From the NCBI GenBank assembly GCA_947259165.1, contig CAMYKY010000004.1, forward strand, positions 10,733 through 74,732: a stretch of DNA of 64,000 nucleotides, given 5' to 3'. How positions within the stretch are numbered: position 1 is the first letter of the stretch; each line of letters starts with the position of its first letter. This document shows, in pieces, positions 29,312 through 39,573 of the stretch. The notes under the pieces were generated by a model that did no database searches, was not told the origin of the DNA, and was given only the letters and a program-made list of their open reading frames with translations. Source of the stretch: an uncultured Acidobacteriota bacterium (GTDB lineage: Bacteria; Acidobacteriota; Vicinamibacteria; Marinacidobacterales; SMYC01). A program made the translations under genes and the position numbers.

Positions 29312-30406
29312 CTACGCGCGGGCTCGTACCACCTTGACGAGACCCAACGTCAGAACCGGCAGTAGGTAAATGAGCCAAAACCCGTACGTCACCGTCCCGT
29401 ATCCCTTCGCGACGAGATCTTCGAGCCCCGCCTGCGCGACCAACGTCGCAAGAGCAAGAAGACCGACCGCCACCACGGGTCGCACCGCGGTCGGGAGTTC
29501 TTTGTGCTTTTCTTCGAAAGACGTCGCCAGACGCTCGTTAAAAGCGTGGATGAGCGCAGTCCCCGTCTCGACGAGCGTTCCCAGAAGCATGACCTGGAAC
29601 ACCATCAAGAACGCGCGGGAGCCGAGGGCGTCGAGCAAAACGATCGACGGCACGGTTTCGGAAACAATTTCTGGGTAAAAGCCCACCATCGACAGGTAGA
29701 AAAAAAAGCCCGGCAAGATCGCAATCGGACCGGCAAGAGCCCCGGCCGTCAACGCCTCTTTGCGGTGCTCTAGGTGCCGGATAACGAACAAGATGGCGGG
29801 AAGCGTGCCCACGTTGTAAGCAGCGTATTCGATCCCGCCTTGGAACCAACCCGATTTGACCTCGCCGAGAGCGAGCCCAGCTTGGATGTCTCCTCCAAAC
29901 AGGTACAAGCTCGCAACCAGGAACGCGATATACACGGCATAGAGCACGAACGACCACACCGAGAGAAACCTCTCCACCAGAGAAGTTCCCTTCAAGACGA
30001 GAAACCCCACCGCGAGCATCATCATCCCGACGCCCACGAAATACGGAACCGACAAAACCTGCTGGGTAATGCTTCCCGCCGCCGCGGCGATCACCGACAA
30101 CACGATGATCATCTGAACGAGATAGCAGACCTCGTAGAGCCACCACCAGCGCCCGAGAAGAGTCCGGGCGAAGCCGCGATACTCATACGTCTTGGTGATA
30201 CGTGCGAGCTCGAAGGTGACCGCGCACACCGCGCTCCAAACGACCGTGGACACGAGCCACATCCCGAGCAGCCCACCGGTGGGCCCGAAGCTCAAGAAGA
30301 ACTCGACGAGCTCGCGACCGGTGCCGTACCCGCCCGCGATCACCATGGATTGGAACGCGAAGCCGGGAAGGAGGTAGCGCCGAAAGAAGCGAGAGCTGAA
30401 CATCAC
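29312..30406 (-). CDS. YkvI-family membrane protein
   Basis: IAGGYGTGRELVEFF; about 10 TM segments. Confidence 0.8.
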   Translation of the reverse strand: MMFSSRFFRRYLLPGFAFQSMVIAGGYGTGRELVEFFLSFGPTGGLLGMWLVSTVVWSAVCAVTFELARITKTYEYRGFARTLLGRWWWLYEVCYLVQMIIVLSVIAAAAGSITQQVLSVPYFVGVGMMMLAVGFLVLKGTSLVERFLSVWSFVLYAVYIAFLVASLYLFGGDIQAGLALGEVKSGWFQGGIEYAAYNVGTLPAILFVIRHLEHRKEALTAGALAGPIAILPGFFFYLSMVGFYPEIVSETVPSIVLLDALGSRAFLMVFQVMLLGTLVETGTALIHAFNERLATSFEEKHKELPTAVRPVVAVGLLALATLVAQAGLEDLVAKGYGTVTYGFWLIYLLPVLTLGLVKVVRARA

Positions 30407-30476
30407 TCGCGTAGATACAGCACCACGGGGCCGTTTGCAACATCACGGCCCGGATTCGACGTTGATTCGACGTTTT

Positions 30477-33400
30477 CTAGTCGGTGGGACGGAGGCGGAC
30501 GAGAAGCTCACCGGCTTTGGCGTCGTCGCCAACGGAGACCAGAACCTTCTCGATGACACCGATGATCGAAGAAGTGACGGCCGTCTCCATTTTCATTGCC
30601 TCGAGCACGAGCAGGGCGTCGCCAACCTGCACCCGATCGCCGATCTCATGCAGTAGCGACAGTACCTTGCCGGGCATGCTGGCGCCAACGTCGAGCGGGT
30701 CGCTCGGATCGGCCATCGGGCGAACGTTGGCGCTGTCGCCAGCACTGTCGTCCTTGACGACCACTTCCCGCGGCTGGCCATTCATTTCGAAGTACACCAT
30801 CCGGTGGCCTTCCGAAGTCAGACCCCCGATCGCGACGAGCTTCACGATAATTGTCTTGCCCGGTTCGATATCGACGCTCACTTCTTCGCCTACTCGGAGC
30901 CCGTACAAGAACGCTGGCGTCGGGAGGATCGAGACGTCTCCGAACATGTCCTCGTGGCGAAGGTAGTCGTCGAAGACCTGAGGATAGAGAGCATCGCTCA
31001 GAAGCTCGGTCTCCAAAGGCGCTCGGCCGAGTCGAGCGGAGAGCCGTTTGCCAGAAGCGTCGAAATCGTGAGGCTCCAGGTGCTCCCCAGCTCGATCGGT
31101 CAACGCAGGGCGACCCTTGAGCACCGCTTTTTGCAGTCGCTGCGGGAACCCACCGTAGGGCTGGCCAATTTTTCCCGCGAGGAAGTCCACGAGCGATTGC
31201 GGAAAATCGAGCTTGTCCGCCTTGGCAATCGCGTCATCGACGGAGAGATCGTTTTGAACGAGGAACATCGCAAAATCCGCAACCGTTTTCGAGGTGGGGG
31301 TTACTTTGATGACGTCACCGAGCGCGTCGTTCACCTCACGGTACTTACGCTTGATCTCCTGCCATCGTTCCCCAAGCCCGAGCTGTATGGCGCGAGGGCG
31401 AAGATTCGAGTACTGGCCCCCCGGCATCTCGTGCTCGTAGACCTCGGCGGTGCTGGCTTTCAAACCCGATTCGAAGGGGTAGTACAGGTCGCGAACACTT
31501 TCCCAGTAATTCGCGAGCTCGTTCATCGCCTCGAGGTCGAGAGCGGGAGAGCGGGGATTTCCCTGGAGCGCGGCGCAAAGCGCATTCAGCGACGGCTGGC
31601 TGGTCAGACCCGACATACCCGACAGGGCACAGTCGACGACGTCGACGCCCGCGTCGCACGCCATCAGGTAGGTTGCGATGCCGTTGCCGCTCGTGTCGTG
31701 GGTGTGGAGATGCACGGGCAACCCGGTCTCGTCGCGCAACGCACCGACGAGCTGGCGCGCCGCGAAAGGCTTGAGCAAACCTGCCATGTCCTTGATCGCA
31801 AGAATGTGCGCACCACACTCGGCGAGCTCTTTGCCGAGCTTCACGTAGTAATCGAGATCGTACTTGGTACGCTTCGGGTTCGAGATATCGCCGGTGTAGC
31901 ACAAGGAGGCTTCGGCCACCTTGCCGGCCCGGATCACTTCCTCGATCGCGATGCTCATGTTCGGGACCCAATTGAGCGCATCGAAGATTCGGAAGATGTC
32001 GATTCCCGCCTCGGCGGAACGCTGCACGAAACGCCGCACGACGTTGTCTGCATAGTTCGTGTAGCCGACCGCGTTGGCGCCACGAAAGAGCATCTGGAGC
32101 AGGATGTTGGGCATCGACTCTCGCAAGAGGGCGAGACGATCCCACGGGTCTTCTTTGAGAAAACGATACGCCACGTCGAACGTCGCGCCGCCCCACATCT
32201 CCACACTGAAGAGCTGATTCGCGAGGCGAGATGTCGCGGGCGCAATCGCTTGCAGATCGGAGGTCCTCACGCGCGTGGCCAGGAGTGATTGGTGGGCATC
32301 GCGAAAGGTCGTATCGGTGATGAGAAGGCGCGGCTCGTCGCGCAGCCATTTGGATAGTGCTTCGGCTCCGTTCGCTCTGAAGACAGCCATGGCGTCTCCG
32401 TCCGGAGGAGGGGCATGGGCGCTGAGGCTCTCGTGAGTCTCGGATGGAACCCTGGGAAGAAACAATGGGTCGGGGCGCTTGACGGGACCACCGCGTCCGG
32501 GAGGGCCGTTCACGACGACGTCCGCGAGCGCGCGCAGCAGCTTGGTTCCACGGTCGCGACCCAGTGGGAACGTAAACAGCCCCGGAGTGTCATCGATGAA
32601 ACTCGTGTCCACGTTTCCCTGAACAAAGCGTGGATGCGAGATCAGATTCTGAAGAAACCGCATGTTGGTTTTCACGCCACGAATGCGAAATTCGCGAAGG
32701 GATCTCAAGAGCTTCGCGGTCGCACCGTGAAAGTCGGGCGCGAAGGCCGTCAGCTTCACGATGAGGCTGTCGTAGTGGCTGGTGATGATCGTGCCCGCGC
32801 CCCCGGTGCCATCGTCGAGCCGAATTCCGAACCCAGTGGCAGCGCGGTAGGCTCGAATTTTTCCGGTATCGGGCGCGAACTGATTCTGAGGATCCTCGGT
32901 CGTGATGCGGCACTGGACCGCGTAGCCGTTTCGGGCGATCGCGGCTTGACTCGTGATACCGATCTCGGGGTCACTGAGGCGACACCCTTCAGCGATCCGG
33001 ATCTGTGCCTGCACCAGGTCGCGACCGGTAATACATTCGGTCACCGTGTGCTCGACCTGAATTCTCGGATTCACCTCGATGAAGTAGAAACCCTCGTCGT
33101 TGACGAGAAATTCGACCGTTCCCGCGTTCTGGTAGTTGGCCTTCGCCGCGACGCGAAGAGCTGCTTGAAAGAGACCATGGCGAACCGCGTCCCCAAGAGA
33201 CACGGAGGGCGCGATCTCGACGACCTTTTGATGCCGGCGCTGCACCGAACAATCACGCTCGAAAAGATGGACTACCTGCCCGTATCCGTCCGCGAGGATC
33301 TGAACCTCGATGTGCTTCGCGCGTTCCACGAGTTTCTCGCAGTAGACGTCGCCTCGCCCGAACGCTGCCGCGGCTTCGCTCGTCGCACGCTCAAAGGCTT

Positions 33401-33950
33401 CTGCGATGTCTTCTTTGGCGCGCACGACGCGCATTCCCCTGCCGCCGCCTCCGAATGAGGCCTTGATGATGATCGGCAGACCTTGCTCCTCGGCAAAGTG
33501 CTCGACCTCTTCCGGCGAGCTCACCGGGCCGTCTGTCCCGGGAACGACGGGGACATTGGCCTCGATCGCCAGTTTCCGAGACGCGGTCTTGTCGCCAAAG
33601 ACCTCGAGCACTTCCGGCTCGGGTCCGATAAACACGATTCCGTTGTCTTTGCACCGTCGGGCAAACTCCGCATTCTCGGCAAGAAAGCCGTAGCCCGGAT
33701 GGATGGCATCGACCCCGCGTCTCAGCGCGACGTCCAGGATGGCTTCCTGGTCCAGATAAGCACCCACGGGCTCATCCTGAGAACCCACCGGAAACGCTTC
33801 ATCCGCCTTGTAGCGATGAATCGACAGTTGGTCGGCGTGCGCGTAAATTGCGAGCGTGCGGACCCCGAGCTCGGTGCACGCCCGAAAGACGCGGATGGCA
33901 ATCTCGCCGCGGTTCGCGGCCATAATCTTGGAAAATTTGTGTGGCGTCAC
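30477..33950 (-). CDS. pyc: Pyruvate carboxylase
   Basis: ANRGEIAIR, RDCSVQRRHQK, RDAHQSLLATR, HLHTHDT, biotinyl EAMKME. GTG start 7 nt after TACAAT. Confidence 0.97.
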   Translation of the reverse strand: MTPHKFSKIMAANRGEIAIRVFRACTELGVRTLAIYAHADQLSIHRYKADEAFPVGSQDEPVGAYLDQEAILDVALRRGVDAIHPGYGFLAENAEFARRCKDNGIVFIGPEPEVLEVFGDKTASRKLAIEANVPVVPGTDGPVSSPEEVEHFAEEQGLPIIIKASFGGGGRGMRVVRAKEDIAEAFERATSEAAAAFGRGDVYCEKLVERAKHIEVQILADGYGQVVHLFERDCSVQRRHQKVVEIAPSVSLGDAVRHGLFQAALRVAAKANYQNAGTVEFLVNDEGFYFIEVNPRIQVEHTVTECITGRDLVQAQIRIAEGCRLSDPEIGITSQAAIARNGYAVQCRITTEDPQNQFAPDTGKIRAYRAATGFGIRLDDGTGGAGTIITSHYDSLIVKLTAFAPDFHGATAKLLRSLREFRIRGVKTNMRFLQNLISHPRFVQGNVDTSFIDDTPGLFTFPLGRDRGTKLLRALADVVVNGPPGRGGPVKRPDPLFLPRVPSETHESLSAHAPPPDGDAMAVFRANGAEALSKWLRDEPRLLITDTTFRDAHQSLLATRVRTSDLQAIAPATSRLANQLFSVEMWGGATFDVAYRFLKEDPWDRLALLRESMPNILLQMLFRGANAVGYTNYADNVVRRFVQRSAEAGIDIFRIFDALNWVPNMSIAIEEVIRAGKVAEASLCYTGDISNPKRTKYDLDYYVKLGKELAECGAHILAIKDMAGLLKPFAARQLVGALRDETGLPVHLHTHDTSGNGIATYLMACDAGVDVVDCALSGMSGLTSQPSLNALCAALQGNPRSPALDLEAMNELANYWESVRDLYYPFESGLKASTAEVYEHEMPGGQYSNLRPRAIQLGLGERWQEIKRKYREVNDALGDVIKVTPTSKTVADFAMFLVQNDLSVDDAIAKADKLDFPQSLVDFLAGKIGQPYGGFPQRLQKAVLKGRPALTDRAGEHLEPHDFDASGKRLSARLGRAPLETELLSDALYPQVFDDYLRHEDMFGDVSILPTPAFLYGLRVGEEVSVDIEPGKTIIVKLVAIGGLTSEGHRMVYFEMNGQPREVVVKDDSAGDSANVRPMADPSDPLDVGASMPGKVLSLLHEIGDRVQVGDALLVLEAMKMETAVTSSIIGVIEKVLVSVGDDAKAGELLVRLRPTD

Positions 33951-34069
33951 AGGGGGTATTGTACTGCTGGTGCCACAGAAAACCGCAATGCCGACGGGCG
34001 AGCCGAACGACCCGCGACGGGGAGGTAGTTCCCACCTAGATATCAACGCCAAGCGAGCCGAACAACTTC

Positions 34070-34198
34070 GTGCCCGTGCCCGACTAATGAAACACGACGG
34101 AGGATTGACCACAACGTCGAGCTTCTAGTCGGTTGAACTGATGCATTGCCGTAGTACGTTTTCTCGGGCACGGGCACGCACACGGGCACGGGCACGAT
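34070..34198. repeat. (GTGCCC)n/(GGGCAC)n inverted arrays, copy 2 of the 2028 repeat
   Basis: cgtgcccgtgcccga at 34070 faces tcgggcacgggcacgcacacgggcacgggcacg at about 34164-34196. Confidence 0.75.
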
Positions 34199-34226
34199 TT
34201 GCCCGTCGACCGTATACCGACCGCCC

Positions 34227-34994
34227 CTACGAAAAATCCACCACCACCGGTGCATGGTCCGATGGCTGTTTGCCTTTTCTCTCATCGCGGTCGACGAAAG
34301 CGTCCTCGATCCGGTCCGCGAGACAGCGGGTCGCAAGAACACCGTCGATGCGCAGCCCGTCGTTCTTGGGGAAGCCGAGCATTCGGTAGTCCCACCATGA
34401 ATAGATGCCCCCGTCGGGGTGGTGCGCTCGGAACGCGTCGACGAGGCCCCAATCGAGGAGGGACTGAAACGCTGCACGTCCGTCGGGATGGCACAAAACC
34501 GAGTCTTTCCATTTGTCCGGATTCTTCACGTCGCGATCGTCGGAGGCAATGTTGAAATCACCACAAATCGCAAGCGACGCCGAGGGGTCCGCGTGTGCGT
34601 CCAAATGACGCTTCAATCGAGACAGCCACTCGAGTTTGTACTCCCATTTATCCGAGCCCACTGAGCCGCCGTTGGGAACATACACCGAAATCACGCGGAC
34701 ACCGCCGAAGTCGGCGGCGACAAAGCGGGCCTGCGAGTCTTCGGCTCCGTCATCCATCGACCTCTCGACGTCCTTCGGCTGCTCCTTACTAAGGATAGCG
34801 ACGCCGTTGTAAGTCTTCTGGCCGAAAACCGTCGCGTGGTACCCCGCTTGACTGATATCGAGTGTCGGGAAGGCGTCGTCGACAACTTTGAGCTCTTGCA
34901 GGCACATGACGTCCGGCTCGTGTCGTTCGAGAACACCGAGAAGCCTCGGAAGGCGGGTGCGAATGGAATTCACGTTCCAGGTGATGATGCGCAT
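34227..34994 (-). CDS. xth: Exodeoxyribonuclease III
   Basis: TWNVNS, LQELK, YNGVA, GDFN, WWDYR, RID, SDHAP. Confidence 0.97.
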   Translation of the reverse strand: MRIITWNVNSIRTRLPRLLGVLERHEPDVMCLQELKVVDDAFPTLDISQAGYHATVFGQKTYNGVAILSKEQPKDVERSMDDGAEDSQARFVAADFGGVRVISVYVPNGGSVGSDKWEYKLEWLSRLKRHLDAHADPSASLAICGDFNIASDDRDVKNPDKWKDSVLCHPDGRAAFQSLLDWGLVDAFRAHHPDGGIYSWWDYRMLGFPKNDGLRIDGVLATRCLADRIEDAFVDRDERKGKQPSDHAPVVVDFS

Positions 34995-35081
34995 CAGCCC
35001 GGGATTATAGCAGGCAGGCGGCGTTGCCTTGCGTCCGACGCATGCGTTAGGATTCGCGTTCACGTCACACCAGGCAAACCA

Positions 35082-35276
35082 ATGAAAACGTTTTTTCCGA
35101 TGCGTCGAGGCGAAGCGAGAGTCCTCGTCGTTCTGGTCGCGTTCTCGATCTTCTCGTTCTTGCCGGTTTGGCGGAGTACCGAGTTTGCGGGGATGGCCAT
35201 GTTTGGATGGCTCATGGCGGCGCTCATGGTGCTCTCGCCGGCGCTCGCTCTCTACGTGTTTCTCCGCAAGCCATGA
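35082..35276 (+). CDS. Small 2-TM protein accompanying the SSS symporter
   Basis: 64 aa, two hydrophobic segments, ATGA overlap with the next gene. Confidence 0.7.
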   Translation: MKTFFPMRRGEARVLVVLVAFSIFSFLPVWRSTEFAGMAMFGWLMAALMVLSPALALYVFLRKP

Positions 35277-36718
35277 TCGTCGAACGCGTCCTCGTTCTTC
35301 TGTACCTGGTTGGCTGCATTGGCATCGGAATCCTGGCCTCCAGAAAAGTGCTGGGCTCACGCGATGAGTATTGGGTCGCCGGGCGCCGGATCGGCACATT
35401 CGTCAACTCCATGGCGATCATGGCGAGCCTCGCAAGCGGCGGCTCCATCATCGGTGTCATGGGTCTCGCATATTCGCAGGGCATTCCCGCAACCCTGGCT
35501 TTGTTCGCCGGTGCCGTGCTCGGCTTTCCTCTGGCGTCACTACTCGTGGCCGAGCCGCTTCGCAACTTCGGCCGCTACACGATCACGGATTTTCTCGCGT
35601 ACCGTTACCCGAAAGCCTTGGTTCGCTACCTCGTACCCGCGCTCATCATTGTCGCGTTCACGATCTACATCGTCGCCCAATTGAAAGCAGCGGGCATCAC
35701 CGCCAACGCCCTCCTCGGGATTCCTTACAACACCGCGCTCACCCTCGCGACGGTGGTCTTCATTCTCTATGTCTCGATCGGCGGGATGATCGCAATCACG
35801 TGGACGGACGTGATTCAGGGCCTACTGATGCTCGCCGTCGTTGTCGGAACCGCACTCGTCATGGTGTGGCGCGTGGGCTCACCTTTCGAGCTCATGCAGC
35901 AAGCCACTGCAGTGGCACCAGAGCTGGGACAAGTCACGCATCGGACGGTATCGAGCTACATGGGTTATTTCGTCATTTGGGCGACCGCGATCCCAGTCAT
36001 CCCCCACATCGTCATGCGGGTCTTGACCGCAAGAGATGCCCGAAGCGCTCGCCTGTCCCTCAACGTGGCGATGCTCGCCTACAGCGTTTTGATCCTCGCA
36101 GCGTGTCTGGCGATCGTTCCTGTAGGCAAGCTGAACTTCCCGGCTCTCGCGGACGCCGACCAAGTATTCCTGCGAGTCATCGAGTCTGAATTCCCGCCCG
36201 TGATCCGCGGTGTGGCAGTCGCAGCGGTTCTAGCTGCGGTGATGTCCACCACCGACGCACTTCTTCTCGCTTGCAGCTCGGCGATCGCGCATGACCTGCT
36301 CGGCAACCTGCTCCACGATCGCGCCAGCGAGAAAACCCTGGCTCTGATCCGTGTCGGCTCTGCCTGGGGCATCGGCGCGTTGGCGCTGTATTGGGCGTTT
36401 TCGCCACCCGAGCTCATCTCCGAGTTCTACACGGCGGGGATCGGTCTCCTGAGCGCGAGCCTGTTCGTGCCGACCGTCGCGGGGCTCTGGTGGCGACAGG
36501 CGAACCTCGCGGGGGGCGTCGCCGCACTCGTCGTAGGCGCCGCAACCTACATTCTCGTCCAGCTCGGGATCTTCGGTTTGGGGCTTTCTCCGATTCTCGT
36601 CGCCCTTCCAGCGAGCGCGCTCGCCATGGTCGCCGGAGCGTTGCTTGGACCTCCGGAAGAACAAGCGATGCTCGAGCAGATCGAAGCGCTCCACCGAGCC
36701 CCCGGCACAACTCATTGA
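35273..36718 (+). CDS. Sodium:solute symporter
   Basis: YWVAGR, GGM..ITWTDVIQG, PHIVMR, AAVMSTTD. Confidence 0.95.
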   Translation: MIVERVLVLLYLVGCIGIGILASRKVLGSRDEYWVAGRRIGTFVNSMAIMASLASGGSIIGVMGLAYSQGIPATLALFAGAVLGFPLASLLVAEPLRNFGRYTITDFLAYRYPKALVRYLVPALIIVAFTIYIVAQLKAAGITANALLGIPYNTALTLATVVFILYVSIGGMIAITWTDVIQGLLMLAVVVGTALVMVWRVGSPFELMQQATAVAPELGQVTHRTVSSYMGYFVIWATAIPVIPHIVMRVLTARDARSARLSLNVAMLAYSVLILAACLAIVPVGKLNFPALADADQVFLRVIESEFPPVIRGVAVAAVLAAVMSTTDALLLACSSAIAHDLLGNLLHDRASEKTLALIRVGSAWGIGALALYWAFSPPELISEFYTAGIGLLSASLFVPTVAGLWWRQANLAGGVAALVVGAATYILVQLGIFGLGLSPILVALPASALAMVAGALLGPPEEQAMLEQIEALHRAPGTTH

Positions 36719-36737
36719 TCTTGGAAACGGCACAACG

Positions 36738-38189
36738 ATGATGGACCTAAAGGCGATTCGACAACTCGAGCGAACGGCACGCGCGCTCGAACCCGACCTC
36801 GACGAACGGCAACGCCTGTTCCAGGATGTCGCCGGCTATGCCGAAGCCTTTTTGCAGGCTATCGACGATTTGCCGGCGTTCGTCGACACTCGCGACCAAG
36901 GTATCGGGCTGTACGACTCACCGATTCAAGACGAGCCGCGGCCGATGTCGAAGCTGCTCGAGCATTTGGGCCATGATGTCGACCGTCCCGGTCTCAACCC
37001 AGCATCGGGCGGCCACTTCGGCTATATCCCGGGCGGCGGCATCTACGCCTCTGCGCTCGGCGACTACCTGGCCGCGGTCACGAATCGATACGCCGGCGTC
37101 TTCGTCCCGGGCCCCGGCGCGGTGCGAATGGAGAACTTGCTGATCGACTGGATGCGCCAACTCGTCGGCTATCCGAAAGAGTCGACCGCGGGGAACCTCA
37201 CGTCGGGAGGGAGCATCGCCAATCTAATGGGGATTGTGGCCGCCCGAGACGCGATCGGCTTGAAGGGACGCGATTTCGAACGCAGCGTCGTCTACCTGAG
37301 CGAGCATGCCCACCACTCGTTGGGCAAGGCTCTGCGTATCGCAGGTCTCGGCGAATGCATCGAGCGATTCGTCGGGCTGGATGAGCGCCACCGAATGCAA
37401 CCGGGGTCGCTCGCCAGGATGGTTCGCGAGGATCGCGCGGCCGGACTTCTTCCATTTTTGATTGTCGCCTCCGCGGGAACCACTGATACTGGCGCCGTCG
37501 ACCCCCTCGACGCGCTTGCGAACGTCTGCGAGCAGGAAGGGCTCTGGTTTCACGTGGATGCCGCCTACGGAGGCTTCTTTCTTCTGTGCGACGAAGGAGC
37601 AAAGATCCTTCGTGGTCTCGATCGCTCACAATCGCTGGTCATGGATCCCCACAAGACGCTGTTCGTTCCCTACGGCTCGGGCGCGGTGCTGGTTCGTGAC
37701 CGTTCGTCGTTGCTCGCGAGTCATCACTACCTGCCGAATTACCTTCAGGATACGAGGCATGCCCAAGACGAGCTTTCTCCCGCGGACCTGTCACCGGAGC
37801 TCAGCAAGCACTTCCGCGGTCTGAGACTTTGGATGCCGCTGTTGCTCCACGGTGTCGCCCCGTTTCGGGCCGCGCTCGAGGAAAAACTTCTGCTCGCGCG
37901 TTATTTCTATGAAGAGCTTCGAGCTAAACCCGGGTTCGAGGTCGGTCCTTATCCGGACCTCTCCGTCGTCATCTTTCGCTATATCCCGCGACACGGTGAT
38001 CCCAACGCGTTCAACCAGAAGCTGGTCCACGCGATCCACCAAGACGGCACGGTCTTTCTTTCTTCGACCCTCGTCAACGGCCAGTTCACCCTCAGGATGG
38101 CGGTGTGCGCGTTCCGCACGCACCTCGAAACGGTTCAACAAGCCCTGAAGATCATCGAGACCCTCGCCAAGAAACTCGAGTCGACCTAG
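36738..38189 (+). CDS. Group II PLP-dependent (aromatic amino acid-type) decarboxylase
   Basis: TSGGSIAN, AGTTDTGAVD, HVDAAYGG, DPHK. Confidence 0.92.
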   Translation: MMDLKAIRQLERTARALEPDLDERQRLFQDVAGYAEAFLQAIDDLPAFVDTRDQGIGLYDSPIQDEPRPMSKLLEHLGHDVDRPGLNPASGGHFGYIPGGGIYASALGDYLAAVTNRYAGVFVPGPGAVRMENLLIDWMRQLVGYPKESTAGNLTSGGSIANLMGIVAARDAIGLKGRDFERSVVYLSEHAHHSLGKALRIAGLGECIERFVGLDERHRMQPGSLARMVREDRAAGLLPFLIVASAGTTDTGAVDPLDALANVCEQEGLWFHVDAAYGGFFLLCDEGAKILRGLDRSQSLVMDPHKTLFVPYGSGAVLVRDRSSLLASHHYLPNYLQDTRHAQDELSPADLSPELSKHFRGLRLWMPLLLHGVAPFRAALEEKLLLARYFYEELRAKPGFEVGPYPDLSVVIFRYIPRHGDPNAFNQKLVHAIHQDGTVFLSSTLVNGQFTLRMAVCAFRTHLETVQQALKIIETLAKKLEST

Positions 38190-38193
38190 TGGA

Positions 38194-38294
38194 CTAGTGC
38201 ATGGACCCGCTGATCCTGTCGGTAAATTCCGACGTCATTTTGGGTGCGGACAAGGCGCTCCGACGAATTCATATCTAGATATTTGCCGCCTTCG
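38194..38294. repeat. 101-bp dispersed repeat, copy 2 (between convergent genes)
   Basis: Identical to 21913-22013. Confidence 0.92.
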
Positions 38295-38327
38295 GAGGAA
38301 TTTCGTGGCCAGCTCCACGACTCGATT

Positions 38328-39509
38328 TCAGGGATGAGGATCGAGCAGAAAGAGTCCCTGCTCAATGCCGCTGACCGCCACGACACCGCTCGGGAAAAAG
38401 GGATAGACAGACCAGGCGCCGTTGAACTCGGAGGCATTGTCGCTCGGGTAGATATCGAAGAACCCGACCGGTAGCAGGCGTCCGTCCGCAATCGCATTCA
38501 AGCTGAATGTACGCAGCCCCGCACGGTAGTTCGCCTGATAGAGAACACCGTCGCGAATATACATGTTGTGATCGATCGCCGGGCTCGCACTCTGGTGCGT
38601 CCCGATCAGGACCGGCCGGTCGAGATTAGCGATGTCCCAGATCCGGGTCAGCGTAGAGTGGCCAAAATTCTTTTCGTCGAGCTCGTCACCCAGCAGCAAG
38701 AACAAATGGTCGTCCGTCACCCAGCCCTGGTGGGTGTACGCGATCCCGTCATAGCTCGTGCGAGAGACCATTATCGGGTTCGCTTTGTCCGTCACGTCCG
38801 CGATGGTCAACGTATCCTCGTTAAAAGCGAAACAAACTTCGCGACCTCGGTAATCGCTATCGACACCGTCGTACGCAACACACTGCAGGTCATGTGTGTA
38901 GCCATCGGCAGCGAAACAGCCGGCAAACTTCGGCTGTCTTGGCAGGTCGATGTTCACCATGTGGAAGCCGAAATTGCAGGTATTGGACCCGACGATGTAG
39001 GCGAAACCGGTCGTTTCGTTGATAGCGATATTGTGGGCGTTCGAGAGCGACTCGCCCGCGTAATGGATTGTCTCGGTAAACGTCACCGGCGCAACCGAAA
39101 CGTCGCGAAGCTGCAGCAGGTCGAAGACTTGCATGCCGTGATCCGCGGCCTCGGAAACGACGTAGGCGTGATGCTTGTGAACCTTGATGTCCCGCCAAGG
39201 ACTCGGCTCACCGTGGGCCGCTAGGTGACCGAGGAATACCGGCGTGAGAGGATTGGTGATCTCGACGAACGCGGTGCCGTTTCCGAGTCCGAGGAGCACG
39301 AACTCACGCCCCGTTTCCGAATCCGCCCATCCCCACAGGTCGTTCGCCTGCGTGCCGGCCGCGCCGAGCGCAGCAAGCGGGATAACGCTGAGCAGGTCGA
39401 TTCGGTCACAGGGATATCCGGCCGCCCGCCCCTCCATGCAAGGCTGAGCGCTAGCCGCTAGCCCTCCACCCATTGTCAGCACCATGACAACCACTGCTCG
39501 GAACGACAT
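38328..39509 (-). CDS. Choice-of-anchor B family secreted beta-propeller-like protein
   Basis: NDLWGW, WRDIK, HGMQVFDL, YTHQGW, DELDE, IDHN, GAWSVYPFFPSG. Confidence 0.88.
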   Translation of the reverse strand: MSFRAVVVMVLTMGGGLAASAQPCMEGRAAGYPCDRIDLLSVIPLAALGAAGTQANDLWGWADSETGREFVLLGLGNGTAFVEITNPLTPVFLGHLAAHGEPSPWRDIKVHKHHAYVVSEAADHGMQVFDLLQLRDVSVAPVTFTETIHYAGESLSNAHNIAINETTGFAYIVGSNTCNFGFHMVNIDLPRQPKFAGCFAADGYTHDLQCVAYDGVDSDYRGREVCFAFNEDTLTIADVTDKANPIMVSRTSYDGIAYTHQGWVTDDHLFLLLGDELDEKNFGHSTLTRIWDIANLDRPVLIGTHQSASPAIDHNMYIRDGVLYQANYRAGLRTFSLNAIADGRLLPVGFFDIYPSDNASEFNGAWSVYPFFPSGVVAVSGIEQGLFLLDPHP

Positions 39510-39573
39510 AAAGCTATTCTAGCAGCCCCTCTTGTTTCCCGTTCCCGTTCCCGGCCTCCACCGCTGGAACCGT

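Noticed and set aside
30804-33458. Long antisense ORFs (494 aa and 347 aa) opposite pyc, and similar shadows elsewhere
   Set aside because: Expected shadow ORFs in GC-rich coding DNA; no recognisable motifs.
21913-38294. 101-bp direct repeats as ends of a composite transposon or prophage att sites
   Set aside because: The 16 kb between them is housekeeping (rnd, pyc, xth) with no integrase, transposase or phage gene.
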